Of a DNA stretch of 60,066 nt, positions 1 through 8,700 are shown in pieces (the stretch's first letter is position 1; each line of letters starts with the position of its first letter). Where the stretch lies: contig CAYZUL010000006.1 in NCBI GenBank assembly GCA_964481895.1, positions 1-60,066 of the forward strand. Direction: 5' to 3'. The notes beneath the pieces were generated by a model. That model did no database searches. It was given only the letters and a program-made list of their open reading frames with translations, and was not told the origin of the DNA. A program made the translations under genes and the position numbers. Origin of the DNA: an uncultured Nitrospirota bacterium. Lineage in GTDB: Bacteria > Nitrospirota > Nitrospiria > JACRHA01.

Positions 1-2
1 TC

Positions 3-47
3 GCAACAAAGGCTGGGATGCGTATCAGCCTTAAAATGGTCGCATAG
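3..47 (+). CDS. 3' end of a gene cut by the window edge, possibly an XRE/HigA-type HTH antitoxin
   Basis: Frame 3 reads ATKAGMRISLKMVA* (TAG 45-47), resembling C-termini of small XRE antitoxins; only 14 aa visible. Confidence 0.3.
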   Translation, partial: ATKAGMRISLKMVA

Positions 48-52
48 ACACG

Positions 53-105
53 AGTTAACAAGTCGCTCCACTCCGACCGTTACGCGGCGTGTGAAGAAAT
101 ATTAA
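53..105 (+). mobile_element. degenerate attC-like integron recombination site
   Basis: AGTTAAC-AAGTC-GCTCCAC...CCG-TTACG-CGG...GTGA directly after a stop codon; right core site (GTTRRRY) absent or degenerate. Confidence 0.35.
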
Positions 106-169
106 GGGACGTTGTTACTAAGAGTGTATTATTCTTGACAAGAACTACCTATTTCAAAAAAATCGCTTC

Positions 170-625
170 AAGCCACGACAGGCACGATTGTACGTCCCCG
201 GAGCCCTACACCATATCATGGTAAGGGGAATCAACAAAGAAACGATCTTCGCGAACAACGAGGACAAAGTCCGCTTCCTCAGGTCGCCTCGGCCAAAACG
301 TTACCGAAGGGAACTGCACTGTCTATGCCTGGGTCATCATGGACAACCATATTCACCTGCTTTTTAAAAGCGGCAAGCAGGGAATCTCCTCGGTTATGCG
401 CAAGCTCCTTACATGATATGCTCAATACCATAACCGTATCCACCGACGTACGGGTCATTTGTTCGAAAACCGCTCTAAATCCATCCTCTGCGACGAAGAC
501 ACCTATCTGCTTGCCCTTGTCCGATACTTCCACTTAAACCCGCTTAGAGCCAATGCAGTTCAGACCATCTGAGAATTAGACCGGTACGCTTGGTGTGGCC
601 ACCAGACAATCATTGGAAAGGCCAA
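170..625 (+). pseudogene. REP-associated tyrosine transposase (RAYT, Y1_Tnp), N-terminal remnant
   Basis: Reads (K)PRQARLYVPGALHHIMVRGINKETIF, frameshift near 280-285, then YAWVIMDNHIHLL (HUH)...RRTGHLFENR...LVRYFHLNPLRA...YAWCGH; start codon is AAG, in-frame TGA at 414-416 and 570-572. Confidence 0.85.
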
Positions 626-901
626 GGCGACGAGGTCGAACGCCTCGTTCGTGATATTTTCAAACAGCTTTCAGACGCGATTCAAGACCCATCCGACGCG
701 TGGAAGTCGGTAATTCCAGGTAAACAAATCCTCTCGCAGTTCGCGGCCGCAACTGAAATGGATATTGCTCGCTTTAAACTTGCATACTTGGGAAAAGTAG
801 CCAAATATAATTTGCCTATCTTTGATGAGGTGACCTCTATATTTGCAGATTTTTCCTCAGCCCCGATTGCAGTCGAGAACAAAGCTACTTCTTTACCATA
901 A
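626..901 (+). pseudogene. C-terminal fragment of an unrelated unknown protein joined to the RAYT remnant
   Basis: Protein-like open frame DEVERLVRDIFKQLSDAIQD...IPGKQIL with no credible start or RBS; begins where RAYT similarity ends. Confidence 0.4.
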
Positions 902-1361
902 GGGAACTAAAGTGGACGATTCTCTTTAATTGATAAACTAATCAAAGCAATGATAGATTTGACGTATGCCGAGGACAGCAAGGGTAGCCCCAAGCGCGCA
1001 TGCATATCATGTCCTGACAAGGAGAAATAACCGTCAGGATGTATTTGATGACTAGGTAGTTTTAAGTTCATCTCTGGAATTGCTACTTCACTATAATGGG
1101 TCATCATCTATATCTGATTAATTCCCTCTTCTAATTCTTTCGTCCGAAATACCTCTTTTTCTTGAATTCTTATATAGAGGGCATCTGCTTTTCTATCATA
1201 CTCAATCTCTATTCTTACCCCTATTTATTCTTATCTATTGCCTTAATTATAGTAATCTTATCACTTTCCTCTGAGAGAGACTTGTTAAGGTTTAACAACA
1301 AGGGTGTCCTGATACATTATGGTATAATAAATCCAGCAAGGCATTTTTATGGAGGTTTATT

Positions 1362-1811
1362 ATGAGAATGATTTATCCGGTAGTTGCATTATGGTTACAC
1401 CTGGTTCTATTTCCCGGGGCCTTTAATCCATTACTTGCTGGATCTTTGATGAATAACAAGCCGCCAGAGATAATAGCGACAAGTCCGGAGGGAAATACCG
1501 GTGGGGTGGATATTAATTCTTCAATAAGCGTTACCATATCGGAAGGGATGAACCCTTTGTCATTAAATGCCGACATGATCCATCTTTACAAGTTGGAAGG
1601 ACCCGAAGATATTGCCATTCAGGGAAAGGTGAAATATGACGTACTAACAAAAAAAGCATACTTTATCCCTGATAATGATTTATCTCCAGCTACAAACTAC
1701 AAGGTGGTGATAGGGAAAGATCTGGACGACGCAGCAGGCGGCGCATTGAAGGATGTATACTCCTGGGAATTTTCTACCCGAATTGGCACAGGGGGATGCG
1801 GTGGTTCATGA
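1362..1811 (+). CDS. secreted protein with one bacterial Ig-like (Big_5/SbsA-type) domain
   Basis: GGAGG RBS, hydrophobic signal peptide, PPEIIATSP...ISVTISE.MNPLS...FIP..DLSPATNY.V.I...D.AG..L...YSWEFST pattern. Confidence 0.75.
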   Translation: MRMIYPVVALWLHLVLFPGAFNPLLAGSLMNNKPPEIIATSPEGNTGGVDINSSISVTISEGMNPLSLNADMIHLYKLEGPEDIAIQGKVKYDVLTKKAYFIPDNDLSPATNYKVVIGKDLDDAAGGALKDVYSWEFSTRIGTGGCGGS

Positions 1812-2012
1812 CAATTAATTTAAGTAATAGGAACGCCGATTACATGGCCGTCAACAAGATAGGCGGTAATTATATTGTTTGTCCAAACATCAGGCAATAC
1901 CGGGGGAGTGTGTAAAAGTTAGCAGGTTACAAATTGCAATTAGGAGTGACTAATAAGTTAAAAGGATTTAGTAATAGAGTACTGGTTCTTTTACTTTGAA
2001 GGGAGATGTATT

Positions 2013-2603
2013 ATGAAAATTAAATTAATATTGATGCTATTAACATTCTTCCTGTTCTATGCGTCAAATGTTAAGGCAGAGAAAACTATATTGGCTGGTG
2101 GATGTTTCTGGTGTATGGAGTCAGATTTCGAAAAACTTCAGGGTGTAACCGATGTGATCTCAGGGTTTACTGGCGGAACTATCAACAATCCGACCTATGA
2201 CGGCAACCATGAAGGTCACTTTGAAGCAGTTGAAATAACATATGATCCGAATAAGGTTAGTTACAAAGAGTTGCTAGACTACTACTGGGTTAACATCGAT
2301 CCATTTGACGATAAAGGACAATTTTGTGATAAAGGCACGAGTTATTTAAGTGCTATTTTCGTAGCAAACGAAACAGAGAAGAGGCTTGCTGAACAATCTA
2401 AAAGGAAAGTTGAAGAGCAATTTCCCAACAAAAAAGTTGTTACGCCAATATTAAATGCATCAATCTTTTATCCCATCAAAGACAGCGAAAGTTATCATCA
2501 AGATTTCTATAAGAATTACCCAATTCGCTACAACGTGTATCGCTGGAATTGTGGTCGTGATAAACGATTGAAAGAGATTTGGGGCGATAAAACAATACAT
2601 TGA
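2013..2603 (+). CDS. msrA: exported peptide methionine sulfoxide reductase MsrA
   Basis: AGGCFWCME active site, GHFEAV, GQFCDKG, ESYHQDFY motifs; N-terminal signal peptide. Confidence 0.95.
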   Translation: MKIKLILMLLTFFLFYASNVKAEKTILAGGCFWCMESDFEKLQGVTDVISGFTGGTINNPTYDGNHEGHFEAVEITYDPNKVSYKELLDYYWVNIDPFDDKGQFCDKGTSYLSAIFVANETEKRLAEQSKRKVEEQFPNKKVVTPILNASIFYPIKDSESYHQDFYKNYPIRYNVYRWNCGRDKRLKEIWGDKTIH

Positions 2604-2680
2604 AATAGTGTTATCGTTAGGGGAATAAATTATTAAGGGACATTGGGGAACGTTGGTTCTCAGGATGATTATTTTCCCGA

Positions 2681-2932
2681 CTAAGATGCGTCCGATCCGG
2701 AGAGTCCAAGCTCTTCCCTGCTCCGATGAGCGATTGCCGCTTGGGCCTCACTTACCCGCGTCCGCCTACCCCCCCTCTTCAGTTCCTCCGGGCTTACCTT
2801 GCTCTTCTCACATTCCTCTCGAATAATATCTGCAATATTTAGACCGCCGCGCCTGAGCTTAAGTTGCCGCAGTTGATTTTCTTCTACCTCTTTCAGTATC
2901 GCATGGACTAAATCTCCGCCCCCCAGTATCCG
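2681..2932 (-). pseudogene. RAYT transposase C-terminal remnant (HTH-like tail)
   Basis: Minus strand reads RILGGGDLVHAILKEVEE...VSPEELKRGGRRTRVSEAQAAIAHRSREELGLSG, typical of long RAYT C-termini; no start codon. Confidence 0.7.
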
Positions 2933-3106
2933 TCAAACGTCCCTATAAAATATACTCATGATGGAAATAGAGATGGGGCACAAGGCCGAGGAATTTAGTT
3001 ATGATTCGGATGTAAATAGAATTATAGCTCCTGATGCAGCGGATAATTTAAGGCAACTCATGTGTCTAAATGCTATAAAACCAGCAAGCCCCAGGCCCTC
3101 CAATCC

Positions 3107-3136
3107 TTGACAACCATTAGCTATTTTTGATAGTTT
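3107..3136 (+). promoter_or_regulatory. sigma70-type promoter for the sulfur-carrier operon
   Basis: TTGACA-18nt-TAGTTT with TGn extended -10. Confidence 0.5.
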
Positions 3137-3185
3137 TATAAGACTTTAGGCATCATTATTGCCCCGCTACAGGAGGAGGGTTCAT

Positions 3186-3389
3186 TTGAAGGTAAAAATA
3201 AATGGGGTCCAGGAAGAGATAGGGGAGACCTCAATCTTTGATCTGCTCAAGAAGAGGAACATAGAACCGAAGATGGTCTCCGTAGAGCTTAATTCGGAGA
3301 TCTTAGAGAAGGAGGACCTTCCGAATATCAAGATGAGAGAAGGCGATGAGCTGGAGTTCTTATATTTTATGGGCGGAGGCCGGGCATAG
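3186..3389 (+). CDS. ThiS-family sulfur carrier protein with C-terminal extension (FMGGG-RA)
   Basis: AGGAGGAGG RBS, TTG start, beta-grasp pattern MKVKING...VSVELN...GDELEFLYFMGGG. Confidence 0.9.
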   Translation: MKVKINGVQEEIGETSIFDLLKKRNIEPKMVSVELNSEILEKEDLPNIKMREGDELEFLYFMGGGRA

Positions 3390-3390
3390 G

Positions 3391-4191
3391 ATGGAGTTTA
3401 CGGAAGACCAGATAAAGCGTTACAGCCGGCATATCATCCTGCCTGAGGTGGGTGGAAAGGGACAAAAAAAGCTCAGAGATGCTAAGGTCTTTTTAGCGGG
3501 CGCGGGCGGACTTGGATCACCTGCCGCCCTGTATCTTGCAGCAGCAGGCGTAGGTACGATTGGGATCATAGACCCAGACATGGTAGATTTATCTAATCTC
3601 CACAGACAGATTATCCATCAGACACAGGACATCGCAAGACCTAAGGTGATCTCGGCAAAGGAGAAGCTTGAGACATTAAACCCGGATGTGAACGTGATCA
3701 CATATATAGACAGGCTGACATCAAGGAATATCCTGGAGATCATGTCAGGATATGACATTGTAATAGACGGGACAGACAACTTCCCGGCGAAGTTTTTAAT
3801 AAACGATGCATCTGTAATGTCCAGAAAACCCCTGGTCCATGGAGGTATCCTTCGATTTACCGGGCAGGTATTTACGATCCAGCCAAAGAGATCTGCATGT
3901 TACAGGTGTATCTTTAAAGACCCGCCACCAGCGGGACTTGTACCCACATGTCAGGAGGCTGGGGTGCTTGGGGCATTGGCCGGTGTAATCGGGACCATTC
4001 AGGCTACAGAGGCTATAAAGCTTATCCTGGGGATAGGCGACTTATTGACAGACAGGCTTTTGACATATGATGCCTCAAAGACCCGATTCAGGGAGATCAA
4101 AATAAAAAGAAATCCTAACTGTCCGGTGTGCGGGGACGACCCTAAAACCATTCGCCTGATCGATTACGAGCAAGAGGTCTGCAGGCTATAA
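3391..4191 (+). CDS. moeB: MoeB/ThiF-family E1-like adenylyltransferase (no rhodanese domain)
   Basis: RYSRHIILPEVG, GAGGLG, D.VDLSNLHRQ, DGTDNF, CYRC, active-site PTCQEAG, CPVC. Confidence 0.9.
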   Translation: MEFTEDQIKRYSRHIILPEVGGKGQKKLRDAKVFLAGAGGLGSPAALYLAAAGVGTIGIIDPDMVDLSNLHRQIIHQTQDIARPKVISAKEKLETLNPDVNVITYIDRLTSRNILEIMSGYDIVIDGTDNFPAKFLINDASVMSRKPLVHGGILRFTGQVFTIQPKRSACYRCIFKDPPPAGLVPTCQEAGVLGALAGVIGTIQATEAIKLILGIGDLLTDRLLTYDASKTRFREIKIKRNPNCPVCGDDPKTIRLIDYEQEVCRL

Positions 4192-5435
4192 TGGCAAAGA
4201 TAAAGGGACTAATATGCAGGGAGTGCAAGAAGGAATACCCGGCAGAACCGCTGCATGTCTGTGAATTCTGCTTCGGCCCCCTTGAGGTCAATTATAATTA
4301 TGAGGAGATAAAAAAAACTATCTCTAGGGAAAAGATATCAAAAGGACCTGCCAGCCTCTGGAGGTATATAGACCTCTTGCCTGTTGCGGGAGAGGGTTCT
4401 GTGGGTCTTCATGCGGGATTTACCCCTATGGTGCAAGCCAAGAACCTTGGCGCTGTTATAGGGCTTGATGAGCTTTATCTAAAGAACGACACAGTAAACC
4501 ATCCGACCCTTTCATTTAAGGACAGGGTAGTGGCAGTAGCCCTTACAAGGGCAAAGGAATTCGGTTTTGATACGGTGGCATGCGCCTCAACGGGAAATCT
4601 TGCAAATGCAGTATCTGCCCAGGCAGCCCAGGCAAGACTAAAATGTTATGTATTTATACCGAGCGACCTTGAGTCGGCCAAGATACTTGGCAACCTGATC
4701 TACAAACCGACTGTGGTCGCGGTTGACGGTAACTATGACGATGTAAACCGCCTCTGCAGCGAGATTGCAAGCGAATATAACTGGGCCTTCGTCAATATAA
4801 ATATCAGGCCATATTATGCCGAGGGGTCAAAGACCCTGGCATATGAAACTGCAGAACAGCTTGGCTGGAGGAGCCCGGATCATGTTGTGGTACCGATAGC
4901 GTCAGGCTCTCTTTTGACTAAGATCTGGAAGGGATTAAAGGAGATGGAGATGCTGGGGTTAGTAGACCATGTGAAGACGATAGTAAATGGCGCCCAGCCG
5001 GAAGGATGCTCGCCTGTGGCTATGGCGTTTAAGGATAAAAGGGATTTTATAAAACCTGTAAAGCCCAAGACAATCGCCAAATCACTTGCAATCGGAAACC
5101 CTGCGGACGGCTATTATGCACTGAAAACCGTGAAGGAGACCGGGGGTGCGATAGAGATGGTTACAGACAAGGAGATAGTCGAAGGGATAAAGCTCCTTGC
5201 CGAGACAGAGGGGATATTCGCAGAAACGGCAGGCGGTGTAACAGTGGCTGTATTGCGAAAACTTGCCAAACAGGGTCTTATAAAAAAAGGGGGACTGACT
5301 GTGGCCTATATCACAGGACATGGTCTCAAGACCCAGGAGGCCGTGGCAGATTCAGTAGATATACCTGTAAGGATCGAACCGAACCTTACATCCTTTGAGA
5401 AGAATTTAAATATGTCCAGCAAGAAAGGGAAGTAA
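4191..5435 (+). CDS. thrC: threonine synthase-like PLP enzyme with N-terminal zinc ribbon
   Basis: CREC..CEFC, PTLSFKDR (PLP lysine), ASTGN, PYYAEGSKT, TGHGLK. Confidence 0.9.
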   Translation: MAKIKGLICRECKKEYPAEPLHVCEFCFGPLEVNYNYEEIKKTISREKISKGPASLWRYIDLLPVAGEGSVGLHAGFTPMVQAKNLGAVIGLDELYLKNDTVNHPTLSFKDRVVAVALTRAKEFGFDTVACASTGNLANAVSAQAAQARLKCYVFIPSDLESAKILGNLIYKPTVVAVDGNYDDVNRLCSEIASEYNWAFVNINIRPYYAEGSKTLAYETAEQLGWRSPDHVVVPIASGSLLTKIWKGLKEMEMLGLVDHVKTIVNGAQPEGCSPVAMAFKDKRDFIKPVKPKTIAKSLAIGNPADGYYALKTVKETGGAIEMVTDKEIVEGIKLLAETEGIFAETAGGVTVAVLRKLAKQGLIKKGGLTVAYITGHGLKTQEAVADSVDIPVRIEPNLTSFEKNLNMSSKKGK

Positions 5436-5447
5436 CAGGGAGGCTAA

Positions 5448-5723
5448 ATGGCTATCAGGGTCAGGATACCAACACCACTTAGAAAATTGACCGGGGAGAA
5501 GGGGGAGATCGAGGCAAAGGGAGCGAACATCTCTGAGCTGATTGAGGATATCGAGAAAAGACACCCGGGTATAAAAGAAAGGATATACGACGAGACAGGG
5601 GAGATCAGGAGATTCATTAATATATATGTTAATGAAGAGGATATAAGGTTTATCGACGGAAATAAGACGGCAGTAAGGGATGGCGATGAAGTCTCAATAA
5701 TACCGGCCATTGCAGGAGGATGA
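5448..5723 (+). CDS. MoaD/CysO/SAMP-like ubiquitin-fold sulfur carrier
   Basis: VRIPTPLR...RRFINIYVNEEDIRF...IIPAIAGG ending in free GG. Confidence 0.9.
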   Translation: MAIRVRIPTPLRKLTGEKGEIEAKGANISELIEDIEKRHPGIKERIYDETGEIRRFINIYVNEEDIRFIDGNKTAVRDGDEVSIIPAIAGG

Positions 5724-5724
5724 G

Positions 5725-5964
5725 ATGGCAAGCATAAAGGTACACATAACGTTTCCTGAGGCGAAGATAAAGGACCCTGTCATCTACCAGATAGGAAAGG
5801 AATATAATGTCATTACAAATATTAGAAAGGCCGATGTGACGGAGAAGACCGGCTGGGTGGACCTTGAGCTTACAGGCGATCCAAAGGAGATTGAGAGGGC
5901 AGTTGAGGGTCTTAAGAATAAGGGGGTCATAGTCGACCCGATAGAGAGGAATATCATAGAGTAA
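5725..5964 (+). CDS. stand-alone NIL domain protein
   Basis: 79 aa; P.IYQIGKEYNVITNIRKADV...GWVDLELTG pattern of NIL (ACT-like) domains. Confidence 0.8.
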   Translation: MASIKVHITFPEAKIKDPVIYQIGKEYNVITNIRKADVTEKTGWVDLELTGDPKEIERAVEGLKNKGVIVDPIERNIIE

Positions 5965-5967
5965 AAG

Positions 5968-6771
5968 ATGTTTGAATTCACAGAGGAACAGATACAGCGT
6001 TATTCAAGACAGATCATCCTCCCTGAGGTTGGCGGAAAGGGGCAGAAGAAGATTGCAGGCGCAAAGGTCTTTTTAATCGGGGCAGGGGGCTTAGGCTCTC
6101 CATCTGCATTATATCTGGCCGCCGCCGGTGTGGGGAGGATAGGGATCATCGATGCTGATCATGTTGATCTGTCGAATCTTCAAAGACAGGTACTCCACAG
6201 CACGGCAACACTTAACAGATCCAAGGTAGAATCGGCCAGGGAAACCCTCTCAGGGATAAACCCGGATATACGGATCGATACTTATAATAAGAAGCTTACA
6301 TCAGAAAATATCATGGGGCTCATTAACGACTACGATATTATACTCGATGGGTCTGATAACTTCCCAACGAGGTTCCTTGTGAATGATGCCTGCTATTTTC
6401 AAAAGAAGACCCTCATCTCAGGGTCTATATTTAGGTTTGAAGGGCAGCTCACCACCCTAAAAGGGCATCTGGATCAACCATGCTACAGGTGTCTATATCC
6501 CGAACCACCGCCACCAGGCCTTGTCCCATCATGTCAGGAGGCAGGCGTCCTTGGCGTCCTTGCCGGAACTATCGGTGTTCTTCAGGCAGCAGAGGCCTTA
6601 AAGGAGATCATCGGGATCGGCAGTTCCCTGGCAGGAAGGCTCCTGCTCTATGATGCACTCCAGATGAGGTTCCGGGAGGTTAAGGTCCGCAAGGACAAAA
6701 AATGCCCCTTGTGCAGTGAGCATCCCACAATAACCAAGCTCCTTGAGTATCAGGAGTACTGCAGTATATAA
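5968..6771 (+). CDS. moeB: second MoeB/ThiF-family E1-like adenylyltransferase
   Basis: RYSRQIILPEVG, GAGGLG, SNLQRQ, DGSDNF, CYRC, PSCQEAG, CPLC; paralog of 3391-4191. Confidence 0.9.
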   Translation: MFEFTEEQIQRYSRQIILPEVGGKGQKKIAGAKVFLIGAGGLGSPSALYLAAAGVGRIGIIDADHVDLSNLQRQVLHSTATLNRSKVESARETLSGINPDIRIDTYNKKLTSENIMGLINDYDIILDGSDNFPTRFLVNDACYFQKKTLISGSIFRFEGQLTTLKGHLDQPCYRCLYPEPPPPGLVPSCQEAGVLGVLAGTIGVLQAAEALKEIIGIGSSLAGRLLLYDALQMRFREVKVRKDKKCPLCSEHPTITKLLEYQEYCSI

Positions 6772-7101
6772 GAATTACACTGGCAGATTCTTTAATTACT
6801 TCCAGATCGCGGGCCTTCTTCTTTATCGGGACATTCCTGATAAATGGAACATTGGTATTTTTGATCTTCGCTATTCTTGCAATTGCGAGCACACAATCAG
6901 ATTATCCAAGAAGAGAGGTTTTTGGAATGGCATTATGGGAGGGAATATAAAGATTTTTGCGGCAGGACACCAAGGTATTTTAGGTGGAGGCGTAGGCCAG
7001 ATTAGACTATAAGAGGCATACACGGAATATACTTTCTTTCTGCCTAACTTGATACTGTCTTACAAAATAATGTAAAGTGTATTACACGATAAGGAGCAAT
7101 T

Positions 7102-7293
7102 ATGTCGAAGGCACTGGTTACAGTCAGATTGGATAAAGAACAATTGGCCCGCGCTCGTAAAGCGCTGGGCGCTGAGACGATTACAGAGACAATAGAGATG
7201 GCGCTGGCCCTGGCCACTGAAAAAGCCAGGCATGACACAATCATCCGCAAATACAGTGGTGTAGGCAGGAAAGATTCCTTTGCCGGCCGGTAA
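7102..7293 (+). CDS. VapB-type (RHH) antitoxin
   Basis: 63 aa, TVRLDKEQLARARKALGA.T.TETIE.AL; overlaps the downstream PIN gene. Confidence 0.75.
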   Translation: MSKALVTVRLDKEQLARARKALGAETITETIEMALALATEKARHDTIIRKYSGVGRKDSFAGR

Positions 7294-7693
7294 CCTTGCC
7301 ATCCTCGATACTTCCGTCTATATCGAAAATTTCCGGACAGGCCGTTTTACAGAGGAGCTGGTTAACGCGCCGTGGATAATTCGCTGCTCGGCAGTGGTAC
7401 TTCATGAGCTTCGACGCGGGGCAAGGAGAGCCCTTGAAATCCGATTTGTAAATGAACTATCAAGAAAGATTCGGATCATAACCCCTATAGAACGTCACTG
7501 GCTCGAATCTGCGGAAATTCTATCCCGCATCAGCAGAAAAAAAGGTTACGATCCTATTAAGGTAAAGGAATTGGCCTTCGATGTTCTAATTGCCCTCTCT
7601 GCCAGAGAAATCGGCGCCACACTCATTACCTGTAATCGGGAAGACTTCCATGATATACAAAAATATAAGGTCTTCAAGGTTCTATATTGGTAG
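7280..7693 (+). CDS. PIN-domain VapC toxin
   Basis: ILDTSVYI, VVLHEL, FDVLIA, LITCN.EDF acidic PIN motifs. Confidence 0.9.
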   Translation: MPAGNLAILDTSVYIENFRTGRFTEELVNAPWIIRCSAVVLHELRRGARRALEIRFVNELSRKIRIITPIERHWLESAEILSRISRKKGYDPIKVKELAFDVLIALSAREIGATLITCNREDFHDIQKYKVFKVLYW

Positions 7694-7704
7694 ACACGAG
7701 ATGT

Positions 7705-7827
7705 ACTAACCGGCGTGTTAGTGAGGATATTGTTCTGGATATTGGGGAGGATGATAGGATTGTAGGTATTGAGATATTAGATGCCTCGAAACATGTAACG
7801 CATTGTTCATTTATTACCTCCATTTAA
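7705..7827 (+). pseudogene. DUF2283-like antitoxin fragment
   Basis: TNRRVSEDIVLDIGEDDRIVGIEILDASKH matches the DUF2283 C-terminal GIEILDAS signature; N-terminus missing. Confidence 0.7.
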
Positions 7828-7829
7828 AA

Positions 7830-8237
7830 CTACCCGATCCAAAAAATCTTTATCTCATTTTCCACCTGCCTGAATTCCTTATCTCCAGTCACTAACTCCG
7901 CCTTATGGATCTTCGCTAAGGCAGCAGCAAAACAATCTGCATAAGACATTTTTTTAACAGATTTAAACTCGGCAGCCTGTTTGGTCAAGGCTAAATCTGC
8001 AGGGATAATCTGGATGGGTAGGGTTGAAATAAGGTGCGCTACTTCTTCTACCCGTTCGCGCCCTGCCTCTCTTAAGGTAAGATAATAAACCTCCCCCCAA
8101 TTTACTACAGAAAGGAGAAGATCTTTTCCAGAGTCTCTTGCAACCTGGAGGATCTCGATCATTTTATCAGCTGGACCTTCATTCTCTACGTAGGCTATAA
8201 GGCTATAGGAATCAAGAACTCTGACTGCGGCCCTCAC
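7830..8237 (-). CDS. PIN-domain VapC toxin
   Basis: VLDSYSLIAY, SVVNWGEVYY, MSYADCFAAALA, LVTGDKEF. Confidence 0.9.
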   Translation of the reverse strand: MRAAVRVLDSYSLIAYVENEGPADKMIEILQVARDSGKDLLLSVVNWGEVYYLTLREAGRERVEEVAHLISTLPIQIIPADLALTKQAAEFKSVKKMSYADCFAAALAKIHKAELVTGDKEFRQVENEIKIFWIG

Positions 8238-8464
8238 AGTTCCCGCTCCTTCGCCTTCTCTTCCATTAATGCCTTAAGCAGCCTTCCCTTTGTTCTGGTT
8301 ATTCCAGCCATATTCCGAATATATTCATCCGTAATAGGCTTTATGACTATTTCTCCTTCCCGTTCATATAGGTAAACCTGTGTCCCCTTTTTTATGCCAA
8401 ACTTTCGCCGAATTTTAGAAGGGATCACAACCTGACCTTTTACAGTGACAACCGACTTATCCAT
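8234..8464 (-). CDS. AbrB/MazE/SpoVT-type antitoxin
   Basis: VTVKGQVVIPSKIRRKFGIKKG swapped-hairpin motif; GGAG RBS; 4-nt overlap with the toxin. Confidence 0.9.
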   Translation of the reverse strand: MDKSVVTVKGQVVIPSKIRRKFGIKKGTQVYLYEREGEIVIKPITDEYIRNMAGITRTKGRLLKALMEEKAKEREL

Positions 8465-8700
8465 ATAACTTCCAAAAGTATCCATTAATATATCATGTAT
8501 ACCAAAATAAAAAACATTAGTCAACCATTAATATGTCTTACATCTTAAATTGATTATCCCGTTTATTGACAAGTAAGGTTAAACTCGATCCATGAACGAA
8601 AATAAATTACAGAGGGAATAGTATCGGGCATAGTTTTAATGATCGGATTAATAATAATAGGGTTTACTGAAAGAAAACTGAGAAGAAGATGTTAAGGCTG

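Larger units (their letters stand above)
100..2946. repeat. dispersed GGGACGTT motif copies bounding the RAYT remnants
   Basis: TATTAAGGGACGTTG 100-114; TATTAAGGGACATTG 2631-2645; GGGGAACGTTGG 2645-2656; inverted CAAACGTCCCTAT 2934-2946. Confidence 0.7.

Noticed and set aside
279-537. ORFs 279-533 (-) and 325-537 (+)
   Set aside because: Shadow frames of the RAYT pseudogene.
907-1365. Short ORFs 907-1107 and 1162-1365 and the TCCTGAC/GTCAGGA hairpin near 1013-1040
   Set aside because: AT-rich, no motifs or RBS; a single short stem is not enough to call an ncRNA.
1790-1830. GGCGGS-TGA end of the Ig-domain protein as a selenocysteine site
   Set aside because: Only three codons follow before TAA and no SECIS-like hairpin is evident in the AT-rich downstream sequence.
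2950-3185. TPP or SAM riboswitch upstream of the ThiS-like gene
   Set aside because: No recognisable aptamer core, and the likely promoter leaves only about 45 nt of leader.
3186-4191. Calling the first two genes thiamine thiS-thiF
   Set aside because: No thiG/thiO/thiH adjacent, thiE is 54 kb away, and the thrC/NIL/second-carrier context points elsewhere.
6780-6950. Hydrophobic open stretch after moeB-2 (AFFFIGTFLINGTLVFLIFAILAIA)
   Set aside because: No convincing start or RBS and no family recognised; may be a gene relic but cannot be supported.
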